Part shown: piece after piece, positions 44,995 to 54,145 of the stretch | Layout of the letters: the number at the start of each line of letters is the position of its first letter | Numbering within the stretch: position 1 is the stretch's first letter | NCBI GenBank assembly: GCA_964462545.1 | Contig: CAYWXR010000010.1 | Location: 49,801 to 113,800 of the forward strand | Direction of reading: 5' to 3' | DNA: 64,000 nucleotides | Origin: an uncultured Thermomicrobiales bacterium | Lineage (GTDB): Bacteria > Chloroflexota > Chloroflexia > Thermomicrobiales > CFX8 | The notes under the pieces: generated by a model | Told to the model about the DNA's origin: nothing | Databases searched by the model: none | The model's input: only the letters and a program-made list of their open reading frames with translations | Program-made: the position numbers and the translations under genes

Positions 44995-45570
44995 CTAATA
45001 GGGAATCTCGGTGACCGGAATGTCCTTACCCAGTTCCGGCTGAACTTCCGGGTCGAACAAATCAAGATACGGGTTCAGCAAGCCGTAGGTCTCGATCGGG
45101 AACTCAACCCGGCTAAGGTCAGCAAGCGCCCCGATTGCCACCGGCGTCGCCTCGTTTGCCGAAAGGGAGTGGACAAACGCGGTGGTCGTCTGACCGGTCA
45201 GGATCAGGTTATCGATCACGAGCACCCGCTTGCCGGCGATCGTTTCCGAACCGGTAGAGAAGACCGTCTCACCGTCGCGGACGGTCGAGTAGACGATTGG
45301 CCGCCGGGGCTCCAGGAAATATCCCACCCACTGGGCCAGGCCGGCTCCCCAGATCGACGGGGTCGCCACATAATCGATCTTCAGCAGGAAGAAATGCTTG
45401 GCCAGCGCGTAACCCATCCTGCTGGCCAGGTGGGTATCAGACAGCAGGCGGTCTCGATCCAGCAGCTTCAATGAATGCATGCCCGAACGAAACGCAAAAT
45501 GCCCCTCTGAAATGAACCCGGCGGCGTGGACATCCTCGAACAATTGCTGGGTACGGTCCAGGACTTCCAT
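44995..45570 (-). CDS. Phosphoribosyltransferase (orotate-PRT-like type I PRT fold)
   Basis: PRPP-binding loop KRVLVIDNLILTGQT; 191 aa from ATG 45570. Confidence 0.65.
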   Translation of the reverse strand: MEVLDRTQQLFEDVHAAGFISEGHFAFRSGMHSLKLLDRDRLLSDTHLASRMGYALAKHFFLLKIDYVATPSIWGAGLAQWVGYFLEPRRPIVYSTVRDGETVFSTGSETIAGKRVLVIDNLILTGQTTTAFVHSLSANEATPVAIGALADLSRVEFPIETYGLLNPYLDLFDPEVQPELGKDIPVTEIPY

Positions 45571-45599
45571 GGCGTTCTCCCCTGCTGACGCTGGCACGC

Positions 45600-46091
45600 C
45601 TACTCTTTTGGCTTCAAAGCCTCATCGCCGACGACCAGTCCAAATGCTTCCATGTCATTATCGCTTATGTCATCGGCAACGACACCGGCTTCTGCCAGTT
45701 GTCGTTGGCGAACATGCTGGCGGATTGCGGCCTTTAATGTCCCGAGGGCCAGCGTCGCGCAGCGTGTGCGGGTTTGCACCACCTCGCGGCCCAGCAAGTC
45801 CATCATGTCGTCGTAATCAAGATCAAGAATCTGCTGGGGCGTCCAATGCTCGTCGTGGATCATTTCGGCAAGGATCGAGGCGGCAGCCTGGCTGATGGTG
45901 CATCCCTCACCTTCCCAGGAGAGGTCAACAACCGGTTCGGAAACCTCGCCGGCCTTGAGGTACACCATAATCACATCACCACAGCCGGGATTGCCCCCGG
46001 GCATTGATGCGTCCGGTTCGTCCATCTTGTGACGGTGGCGAGGGTTCTCGAAATGATCCAGCAGGATCTCGATTGCTTCCTGTCTATCCAA
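45600..46091 (-). CDS. Second SufU/IscU-type Fe-S scaffold-like protein with C-terminal extension
   Basis: Three Cys motifs NPGCGD, GEGCTISQAAAS, RTRCATLALG; start set to TTG 46091 (AGGAGA RBS); divergent from Fur-family gene. Confidence 0.7.
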   Translation of the reverse strand: MDRQEAIEILLDHFENPRHRHKMDEPDASMPGGNPGCGDVIMVYLKAGEVSEPVVDLSWEGEGCTISQAAASILAEMIHDEHWTPQQILDLDYDDMMDLLGREVVQTRTRCATLALGTLKAAIRQHVRQRQLAEAGVVADDISDNDMEAFGLVVGDEALKPKE

Positions 46092-46284
46092 TGGGGTCTC
46101 CTGCCCTGAAGGTGCTGATGCAACGTCGTATGAATTGGTACAACGTCTACGGTCATCGACAAGTTTACTTTGGGATGCAGCCTGCGCGTGCACCCGGTAT
46201 CAGAAACACCAGAGCATTTCCTGTTGTTCCCGGGTGAAACCGGATTGACGAATGCCGAGTACATTGGTATGGTTTACTGCGGTG

Positions 46285-46300
46285 GATAATAGTCATTCTC
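46285..46300. promoter_or_regulatory. Fur-box-like AT-rich element in the sufU2/fur divergent region
   Basis: GATAATAGTCATTCTC: GATAAT hexamer plus TCATTCTC (7/8 to TCATTATC) but non-canonical spacing; 21 nt upstream of fur-family ATG. Confidence 0.3.
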
Positions 46301-46320
46301 AAGTGGAAATAAGTATCACC

Positions 46321-46749
46321 ATGATGCCAGAGCCGATTTCAGACAGCACCGAACGTGAGCTGCCTGCCGGAATCCGCATGACTCCGCAGCGGCTTGCCAT
46401 TTTACGGGAGGTTCGTGCCGCTGGAGGTCATATGACTGCCGGCGAGATTTTCGAGCGGGTACGTGCCAAGAATCCCTCGGTCGCCTATGGAACGGTCTAC
46501 CGAACGCTCCACCTGCTGGCCGAGCACGGGGTCATTCTGGAGTTTCCGTTCGGCGACCAGGCCAGTCGCTTTGACGGACGCACCGACCGGCACGACCACG
46601 TGCACTGCACCGTCTGCGGACATCTTACCGATGTGGATGTGCCAAGTGCCCTGCTCGCACAGCAGGTCGCTGCCGAGCAGACCGGTTTTCTGATCGAAGG
46701 TCATCAGACCATTTTTTCGGGAACCTGTCCGAAGTGTCAGCGTTCATAG
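46321..46749 (+). CDS. Fur-family metalloregulator (Fur/PerR/Zur type not distinguishable)
   Basis: RMTPQRLAILREV winged-helix, HDHVHC-x2-CG and C-terminal CPKC metal sites; ATG 46321. Confidence 0.85.
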   Translation: MMPEPISDSTERELPAGIRMTPQRLAILREVRAAGGHMTAGEIFERVRAKNPSVAYGTVYRTLHLLAEHGVILEFPFGDQASRFDGRTDRHDHVHCTVCGHLTDVDVPSALLAQQVAAEQTGFLIEGHQTIFSGTCPKCQRS

Positions 46750-46849
46750 TGAAACACTGAAAGGGGTGCGACAGATCGTGGCGCAAGGGCGCCAGACCCG
46801 TCATATTCCACGGCTTATATTCGTTTGTATCGAGGAGCAATAGAAAAGC

Positions 46850-47644
46850 ATGAGTCAGGAACCGCTATTCGTCATTGAAAACCTGCACGCCGGCATCGAT
46901 GGCACCGAAATCCTCAAGGGTGTCGACCTGGTCATCAATCGCGGCGAAATCCACGCCATGATGGGCCCCAACGGCTCGGGCAAGAGCACCCTGGCCTACG
47001 CGATTGCCGGACACCCGAACTACGAAGTGACCGAAGGCCGCGTGACCTACAAGGGTCAGAACGTGCTCGAACTTGGCCCGGACGAACGCGCCCAACTCGG
47101 CATGTTCCTTGCATTCCAGTACCCGACCTCGATCCCTGGCGTTTCGATGGCCAACTTCCTGAGGCTTGCGGCCAACTCGGTCCGCACCGCCCGTGCCGAA
47201 GCCGGCGAGGAAGTTGCCCCGCTGACCCCGCGCGAGTTCCGCCGAACCATGCGCGAGAAGATGCAGATGCTGAAGATCGACGAATCGTTCGCCACCCGCT
47301 ACCTCAACGAGGGCTTCTCCGGTGGTGAAAAGAAGCGGGCCGAGATTCTTCAGATGGCAATGCTGGAGCCGGAACTCTGCATCATGGACGAGACCGACTC
47401 CGGTCTCGACATCGACGCACTGCGCACCGTGGCTGACGGTGTGAACTCGCTGTTCCAGCCGCACATGGCCATGCTGCTGATCACCCACTACCAGCGCCTG
47501 CTGAACTACATCAAGCCGAACTTCGTCCACGTCATGCTCGATGGCAAGATCGTTCGCTCCGGCGGACCGGAAGTTGCTGCAGAGCTCGAAGCAGGCGGAT
47601 ACGACGCACTTCGCAAGGAGTTCCCGGTCGAAGCTGCCGACTAA
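46850..47644 (+). CDS. sufC: Fe-S cluster assembly ATPase SufC
   Basis: Walker A GPNGSGKST, NEGFSGGEKKR signature, near full-length identity pattern to SufC. Confidence 0.95.
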   Translation: MSQEPLFVIENLHAGIDGTEILKGVDLVINRGEIHAMMGPNGSGKSTLAYAIAGHPNYEVTEGRVTYKGQNVLELGPDERAQLGMFLAFQYPTSIPGVSMANFLRLAANSVRTARAEAGEEVAPLTPREFRRTMREKMQMLKIDESFATRYLNEGFSGGEKKRAEILQMAMLEPELCIMDETDSGLDIDALRTVADGVNSLFQPHMAMLLITHYQRLLNYIKPNFVHVMLDGKIVRSGGPEVAAELEAGGYDALRKEFPVEAAD

Positions 47645-47682
47645 TCGACTCATCAACCATCGGTTGAAAGGACACATTGCTA

Positions 47683-49083
47683 ATGAGCGGCATCGCACAA
47701 GTTGACGTACCCGAATATAAGTACGGGTTCCGCGACGAGGAAGATTACGTTTTCAAGTCCGGCCGGGGGCTGAGCGAGGAAGTCGTCCGCCACATCTCGA
47801 AGATGAAGGACGAGCCGGAATGGATGCTCGAGTTCCGCCTGAAGGCGCTTGAGTACTTCTACAAGCGGCCCATGCCCACCTGGGGTGGCGACCTCTCGGA
47901 AATTGACTTCGACAACATCTTCTATTACATCCGCCCGAGCGAAAAGCAGGGCAAGAGCTGGGACGAGGTCCCGGAATACATCAAGGAAACGTTCGACAAG
48001 CTGGGCATTCCGGAAGCCGAGAAGAAGTATCTCGCCGGTGTCGGTGCCCAGTACGAGTCCGAAGTTGTCTATCACTCCCTGCGCCAGGACCTCGCCGACA
48101 TGGGCGTGATCTTCCTGGACATGGATTCCGGCGTTCGTGAATATCCGGAACTGGTGAAGCAGTACTTCGGCACGATCATCCCGGCCAACGACAACAAGTT
48201 CGCCGCACTGAACTCGGCCGTATGGTCCGGTGGCTCGTTCGTCTACATCCCGAAGGGTGTACGCGTCGAGGTGCCGCTGCAGGCCTACTTCCGCATCAAC
48301 GCCGAGAACATGGGCCAGTTTGAGCGCACCCTCATCATCTGTGAGGAAGACTCCTACGTTCACTACGTTGAGGGCTGCACCGCACCGACCTACTCGACCG
48401 ACTCGCTGCACGCAGCCGTCGTCGAGATCATCGTCAAGGACAACGCTCGCTGCCGCTACACCACGATCCAGAACTGGTCGAAGAACGTCTACAACCTGGT
48501 GACCAAGCGCGCAGCCGCCTACAAGAACGCCACCATGGAGTGGGTTGATGGCAACCTCGGCTCCAAGCAGACCATGAAGTACCCGGCCGTCATGCTGATG
48601 GACGAAGGTGCCCGTGGCGAAGTGCTCTCGGTTGCTCTGGCCACCGATGGCATGCACCAGGATGCCGGCGCCAAAATGACCCACGTCGCGCCGAACACCT
48701 CTTCGCAGATCATTTCGAAGTCGATCTCCAAGGGGCTCGGTCGCTCGTCCTACCGCGGCCTTGTGAAGATTCACAAGGGCGCCAAGGGCTCCCGCTCCAA
48801 CGTCGTCTGTGACGCGTTGCTGCTGGACGAGGATAGCCGGACCGATACCTATCCATATATGGAGATCGAGGAAGATGATGTCTCGATCGGCCACGAGGCC
48901 ACGGTATCCAAGGTTGCAGACGAGCAGCTCTTCTATCTCCAGTCGCGCGGTATCGAAGAGTCCGATGCGATGAGCATGATTGTGAACGGCTTCATCGAGC
49001 CGATCACCAAGGAGCTCCCGCTGGAATACGCCGTCGAGCTCAACCGCCTGATTCAGCTTGAGATGGAAGGCTCGGTCGGGTAA
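47683..49083 (+). CDS. sufB: Fe-S cluster assembly protein SufB
   Basis: 466 aa; characteristic SufB C-terminal beta-helix region and EATVSKV...FYLQSRGI motif. Confidence 0.95.
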   Translation: MSGIAQVDVPEYKYGFRDEEDYVFKSGRGLSEEVVRHISKMKDEPEWMLEFRLKALEYFYKRPMPTWGGDLSEIDFDNIFYYIRPSEKQGKSWDEVPEYIKETFDKLGIPEAEKKYLAGVGAQYESEVVYHSLRQDLADMGVIFLDMDSGVREYPELVKQYFGTIIPANDNKFAALNSAVWSGGSFVYIPKGVRVEVPLQAYFRINAENMGQFERTLIICEEDSYVHYVEGCTAPTYSTDSLHAAVVEIIVKDNARCRYTTIQNWSKNVYNLVTKRAAAYKNATMEWVDGNLGSKQTMKYPAVMLMDEGARGEVLSVALATDGMHQDAGAKMTHVAPNTSSQIISKSISKGLGRSSYRGLVKIHKGAKGSRSNVVCDALLLDEDSRTDTYPYMEIEEDDVSIGHEATVSKVADEQLFYLQSRGIEESDAMSMIVNGFIEPITKELPLEYAVELNRLIQLEMEGSVG

Positions 49084-49218
49084 ATCCGGCAGCAGCCTCA
49101 CACGAGACGATAGCGAGGACCCTGTCATTGCAGCTTTCCCGCCGGGTGCAATGGCGCAGATACCTGTGCCACTGCCGGGTGGGGGAAATGTAGACCCGGG
49201 GTCATAAAGAGGGAGACT

Positions 49219-50568
49219 ATGGCAACAAGCATTCAGGGGGCAACGAAGGGGTTCTCCCGGGAAGCCGTTGAAGAACTGTCGCACCGCAGGAACGAACCAT
49301 CCTGGCTTCTGGAAAAGCGGCTCAAGGCATGGGAAGCTTACGAAGCAATTCCGATGCCGACCCGCACCGATGAAGAGTGGCGACGCACTGACATCCGTGA
49401 TCTGCCGATCGACGATGTCGCTCCGTTCACCGAGTTCTCGTCCCGCGTTTCCAGCCGGGATGAACTGCCGGAATCAATCCGCACCGCACTTGAAGCAACC
49501 GGCGATCTCTCCGGACTGGTGGTGCAGGTTGACTCTTCCATCATCTATCACGAGGTAGATCCCTCGCTGGCCGAGCAGGGTGTGATCTTTGTCGACCTGG
49601 ATACGGCCATCCGCGAGCATCCGGAACTGCTGCAGAAGCACTTCATGGCAGAGGGTGGCTCGGTCGACATCGCTGATAACAAGTTCGCCGCCCTCCACGG
49701 CGCGTTCTGGACCACCGGCACCTTTATCTATGTGCCGGCCGATGTTGAGGTCGAGTTGCCGTTCCGCGCGTTCTCGACGCTCACCACGCCTGGAATCGGT
49801 ACGTTCTTCCACACCCTGATCGTGGCGGAAGAGAACGCCCGTGTGACCTTCATCGATACCTGCCAGTCGGAAACGATGGACGGGGAATCGATCTCGGACA
49901 ACGTGGTCGAACTCCGGGCCGCTGATGGCGCCGAACTTCGCTACATCCAGATCCAGGACTGGGGCCGCAATGTCTGGAACTTCCACACCCAGCACGGTGT
50001 GGTCGGCCAGGATGCAGCGATCAAGACGCTGAACGTGGCACTCGGTTCGCAGTTGAGCAAGGCAATCATCAGCTCGACCCTTGACGGTCCGGGATCGCTG
50101 GCCGAGATGCTTGGTCTGTACTTCTCCGATGAAGACCAGCACCACGACCACCAGACCCGCCAGTTCCACAAGTCGCCATACGCATCGAGCGACCTGTTGT
50201 TCAAGGGCGCAGTGAAGGACGAAGCCCGGTCGGTCTACTCCGGCACGATTGTCGTGGCGCCGAAGGCGCACGGCACCGACGCCTACCAGGCCAACCGCAA
50301 CCTGAGCCTGAGCCCGCGGGCACGCATTGACACCATTCCGAAGCTGGAAATCGAAGCGAACGATGTCCGCTGCACCCACGGTGCAACGGTCTCCCAGATC
50401 GAAGAGGAATACATCTTCTATCTGATGAGCCGTGGCATCAACCGCACTGAGGCTGAAAAGCTGATGATGGATGGCTTCTTCGATGAGGTGATCGAGCGCG
50501 TTCCGGTTGAGTCCGTCCAGGAGACGGTCCGCACCGCGATCGACCGCAAGATCGGCTACCTCATCTAG
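49219..50568 (+). CDS. sufD: Fe-S cluster assembly protein SufD
   Basis: 449 aa SufB/D-family paralog directly after sufB (GATVSQIEEEYIFYLMSRGI). Confidence 0.9.
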   Translation: MATSIQGATKGFSREAVEELSHRRNEPSWLLEKRLKAWEAYEAIPMPTRTDEEWRRTDIRDLPIDDVAPFTEFSSRVSSRDELPESIRTALEATGDLSGLVVQVDSSIIYHEVDPSLAEQGVIFVDLDTAIREHPELLQKHFMAEGGSVDIADNKFAALHGAFWTTGTFIYVPADVEVELPFRAFSTLTTPGIGTFFHTLIVAEENARVTFIDTCQSETMDGESISDNVVELRAADGAELRYIQIQDWGRNVWNFHTQHGVVGQDAAIKTLNVALGSQLSKAIISSTLDGPGSLAEMLGLYFSDEDQHHDHQTRQFHKSPYASSDLLFKGAVKDEARSVYSGTIVVAPKAHGTDAYQANRNLSLSPRARIDTIPKLEIEANDVRCTHGATVSQIEEEYIFYLMSRGINRTEAEKLMMDGFFDEVIERVPVESVQETVRTAIDRKIGYLI

Positions 50569-50654
50569 TTCCCCCTGCGACCAACGAGCGGGGCCCGGCA
50601 ACCCGGGCCCCGTATCCCGGACACTACCGGTGTCCCTGGACAGGTCAGGCCACC

Positions 50655-51908
50655 ATGGAAACGATTACCACCCCGACCAGCTCCCCGCTCGACGCAGTTG
50701 CACTTCGCAACCAGTTCCCGATCCTCCGTCCAGATACCGGCGGCAACCGGGTCATCTTTCTGGACAGTGGCGCAAGCTCACAAAAGCCGGAATCCGTGCT
50801 GGATGCGATGGATCGCTACTATCGCCAGCACAATGCCAATGTCCACCGCGGTGTCTATAAGCTCGCAGAACTGGCAACCGATGCGTATGACAAGGCGCGC
50901 GAGAAAGTCGCACGATTCCTTGGCGTGCACGACACCGGGGAGATCATCTTCACCCGCAACACAACCGAAGCGATCAACCTGGTTGCCTACAGCTGGGCAA
51001 TGACCAATCTCGGTGACGGCGACCTGATTGTCACCACCGAGATGGAGCATCATTCCAACCTCGTCCCCTGGCAACTGGTCACAGCTCGCACCGGGGCATC
51101 CATCGAGATCATCCGGGTTGATGACCATGGAGAGCTGGTTCTCGATGACCTGGATCAGCACCTCGCAACCGGACGGGTACGGCTGGTGGCGCTGAACCAT
51201 GTCTCGAACATGCTCGGCACGATAAATCCTGTCGAGACCGTTATTGAGAAGGCCCATGCCGCCGGCGCTCTGGTACTGGTAGATGGTGCCCAGAGCGCAC
51301 CGCACCTGGCCCTGAACCTCGATGCGCTTGGCGCAGACTTCTACGCCTGCTCCGGACACAAGATGTGCGGGCCCATGGGCTCGGGAGTGCTGTACGGCAA
51401 GAGGGCAATCCTGGAGGCGATGCCACCATTCCTCGGCGGCGGCGACATGATCCGAACGGTGGGATTACGCGAGTCTACCTGGGCAGACCTTCCGGCGAAG
51501 TTCGAGGCCGGAACACCAAGTGTGGCCGACGCGGTCGGGCTTGGGGCAGCCTGCGATTTCCTCTCCGAAACCGGGATGGAAGCCATCACGGCGCACGAAC
51601 ACACACTTACCGAATATGCCTACAGCCAACTGCTTGAACTGCCCGAAGTTGAGATCTACGGTCCGCCTGCATCACGGCGTGCCGGGGTTATTGCTTTCAA
51701 CATGGGGAACATTCACCCGCATGATGTCGCCAGCCTGCTCGATGAACACAATGTCGCGGTACGTGCCGGGCATCATTGCACGCAGCCCTTGCACAACCGT
51801 CTCGGTCTGACTGCATCCGTTCGGGCGAGCTTCTATCTTTACAATACAACTGAGGACGTTGACCGTCTGATCGACGGATTGCGCTACGTCCGGACGATCT
51901 TTGGCTAG
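50655..51908 (+). CDS. sufS: Cysteine desulfurase SufS (group II)
   Basis: PLP lysine context SGHKMCGPMGSG, active-site RAGHHCTQP. Confidence 0.93.
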   Translation: METITTPTSSPLDAVALRNQFPILRPDTGGNRVIFLDSGASSQKPESVLDAMDRYYRQHNANVHRGVYKLAELATDAYDKAREKVARFLGVHDTGEIIFTRNTTEAINLVAYSWAMTNLGDGDLIVTTEMEHHSNLVPWQLVTARTGASIEIIRVDDHGELVLDDLDQHLATGRVRLVALNHVSNMLGTINPVETVIEKAHAAGALVLVDGAQSAPHLALNLDALGADFYACSGHKMCGPMGSGVLYGKRAILEAMPPFLGGGDMIRTVGLRESTWADLPAKFEAGTPSVADAVGLGAACDFLSETGMEAITAHEHTLTEYAYSQLLELPEVEIYGPPASRRAGVIAFNMGNIHPHDVASLLDEHNVAVRAGHHCTQPLHNRLGLTASVRASFYLYNTTEDVDRLIDGLRYVRTIFG

Positions 51909-51919
51909 CGGAGGGCAGA

Positions 51920-52324
51920 ATGTCAGACCTCTACCGCGAACAGATTCTCGATCACTATCGCAACCCGCACAATCAGGGTGTGCTCGACCCGAACGACGCG
52001 AGTTTTGAAGACACCAACCCGCTCTGTGGCGACCGCATCCGGATGGATGTCCGCATTGAAAACAACACCCTGGCCGAGGTTGCATTCAGTGGCCGGGGGT
52101 GCGCCATCTCCCAGGCATCGGCGTCGATTCTGACCGACCTGGTTAAAGGCGAAACCATTGACGAGATCATGGCATTTGACAAGGATGATCTCCTTGAAGA
52201 ACTCGGCATCCCGATCAGTCCTGCCCGGGTGAAGTGTGCGTTGCTCGGACTGCACGTCCTGAAAGGTGCACTCGATCAGTACAACCGGCAGCAGGACACA
52301 GCCGTGGATGTGCCATTTACGTAG
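51920..52324 (+). CDS. sufU: SufU-type sulfur-transfer/scaffold protein
   Basis: LYREQILDHYRNPHN, Cys motifs NPLCGD, GRGCAISQASAS, RVKCALLG. Confidence 0.9.
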   Translation: MSDLYREQILDHYRNPHNQGVLDPNDASFEDTNPLCGDRIRMDVRIENNTLAEVAFSGRGCAISQASASILTDLVKGETIDEIMAFDKDDLLEELGIPISPARVKCALLGLHVLKGALDQYNRQQDTAVDVPFT

Positions 52325-52338
52325 GAAGAAACGCATAC

Positions 52339-52653
52339 GTGAGCGAATTCAGGACGGTTGCCAGAACTGGCGATCTTGCGCCCGGTGAGATGAAGATGGT
52401 CCGTCTGGGCCGCAAAAGGCTGGCAATCTACAACATCGATGGTGAGTTCTTCGCCACTGATGACACATGCACCCATGAGGAAGCATCGTTGAGCGAAGGC
52501 ATTCTGTACGACGATATTGTTGAATGCCCTCTTCACGGCGCAGCATTCAATGTCCGGACCGGCGAGGTAGAGGCATTTCCCGCCGTTGTACCTCTCCAGA
52601 CCTATGAACTTCAGGTGGTCGGCGACGAAATTCAGGTGGGGCCACCCAAATAA
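52339..52653 (+). CDS. Rieske [2Fe-2S] ferredoxin
   Basis: CTHEEASL ... CPLHGAAF Rieske ligand boxes; GTG 52339 with AGGAAG RBS (track start 52234 overlaps sufU). Confidence 0.8.
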   Translation: MSEFRTVARTGDLAPGEMKMVRLGRKRLAIYNIDGEFFATDDTCTHEEASLSEGILYDDIVECPLHGAAFNVRTGEVEAFPAVVPLQTYELQVVGDEIQVGPPK

Positions 52654-52719
52654 CCGGAGCGCTGCAAGAAACAGTCTCCGACGATACAATGAACTGCACA
52701 ATGCAAAGGAGTTTGGCCC

Positions 52720-53031
52720 ATGTCAGCAACGCTAACCAAAGACGCCGTCTTCGAGGCGATGAAAGAGGTCTATGACCCGGAAATCGGTGTCAATATTGTC
52801 GACCTCGGTCTGGTCTTCGATGCGAACATAGATGAAACCAACAACGTCGAGGTCGTTATGACGCTCACCTCGATGGGCTGCCCGCTGGGGCCGGTGATTA
52901 TCGGCGACATCCAGCGCGCGGTTGGTGCCCTCGAAGGTGCCGGCGAGGTTGGAGTCCGCATCGTCTGGTCTCCACCGTGGTCTCCGGACATGATGTCTGA
53001 AGATGCCAAGGACGAACTGGGCATCTGGTAA
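52720..53031 (+). CDS. sufT: DUF59/MIP18-family Fe-S assembly factor (SufT-like)
   Basis: 103 aa; VYDPEIGVNIVDLGLV ... TLTSMGCP motif. Confidence 0.8.
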   Translation: MSATLTKDAVFEAMKEVYDPEIGVNIVDLGLVFDANIDETNNVEVVMTLTSMGCPLGPVIIGDIQRAVGALEGAGEVGVRIVWSPPWSPDMMSEDAKDELGIW

Positions 53032-53064
53032 GCCCGAATATATTCCTGTAGAAAGGAGTGCGCC

Positions 53065-54141
53065 GTGAGCGGCATGACGTCATCTCCGGGTGGCGAAATC
53101 GCCCGGCGCACGACTGTTTCCGCATTCGAGCGTTCCATCTCAAACCAGCCGGAATCAGCGAGCGCTGCGATCACCACCAACATTGAAAAACTGCGGGCAG
53201 CAACGGCGATCATTGCTGGTGCCCGGCGTGTCCGCCTGACCGGAATTGGGCCGGATCTGCTTGTCGCCCAGGCTGGTGAACACATTCTGCGCTCGATCGG
53301 CATCAATGCATTCTCGGCGAATGCCTTTGACCTGGCGCTGTTCCCGAGCGGCTTCGAACCAGGCGACGTTGTTGTGGTGATCAATCACAACGGAGCATCA
53401 CGCTACGCGGTCGAATCGCTGAACAGGGCAGTGCAATCCGGGCTCAAGTCAGTCGTCCTCACATCTATCGATAGCCCGTTACAGGATGCCGATGTAGTGA
53501 TCGGCACAGCGGTGGCCGAGCAAAGCCCGGTACCCGCGACCTCAACGACCAGTGCCCTCGCGGCACTGGCAGCCATCGCGGCGAGGATCGAGCCGGATTC
53601 CCCGCTTGCTACCGCCGTCCCTTCCCTTCCGGAGACTATCCGCTCCATGCTCCCTTCACGCCAGACAGCACTCCAGGTTGCGGAAATGGTCCTGGGGAAA
53701 CACCGGAACACCATGATCGTCGGCGTCGGGGGGCTGGCACCGGTTGCGAGCCTCGGTGCACTACTTACCCGCATGACCGCACATGTGCCGGTTAGCGGCA
53801 TGCACCTTGAAGAAGCAATCCAGGGTGGATTGCTGGGCCTGAACCCGGACGACCTGGTGATTCATCTCGCACCCGCCGGCCCGGCAGACGAGCGTCATGC
53901 AGAATTCGCTGAACTTGCGGCGGCAATCGGCATTCACCGGTGGAAGATCGGCGGGGCGCCGGATAGTGCCACCTGGCACACCCAGCTACCTCGCGTTCCA
54001 GAAGTCATTTCGCCATTGCTCTGTTGTGTTCCATTGCAGTGGCTGGCTGTTGAGACAGCACGGTTACGAGGCACCGATCCTGATGCTTTCCGGCGGAATG
54101 ACCCGGCATTTGACCACGCCTACGCAAGGGTTCAGTTGTAA
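53065..54141 (+). CDS. Double SIS-domain sugar-phosphate isomerase/aminotransferase-like protein
   Basis: Two SIS-like halves (RVRLTGIGPDLLVAQ...VVVVINHNGAS; MIVGVGGLAPVA...); GTG start. Confidence 0.65.
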   Translation: MSGMTSSPGGEIARRTTVSAFERSISNQPESASAAITTNIEKLRAATAIIAGARRVRLTGIGPDLLVAQAGEHILRSIGINAFSANAFDLALFPSGFEPGDVVVVINHNGASRYAVESLNRAVQSGLKSVVLTSIDSPLQDADVVIGTAVAEQSPVPATSTTSALAALAAIAARIEPDSPLATAVPSLPETIRSMLPSRQTALQVAEMVLGKHRNTMIVGVGGLAPVASLGALLTRMTAHVPVSGMHLEEAIQGGLLGLNPDDLVIHLAPAGPADERHAEFAELAAAIGIHRWKIGGAPDSATWHTQLPRVPEVISPLLCCVPLQWLAVETARLRGTDPDAFRRNDPAFDHAYARVQL

Positions 54142-54145
54142 CGAA

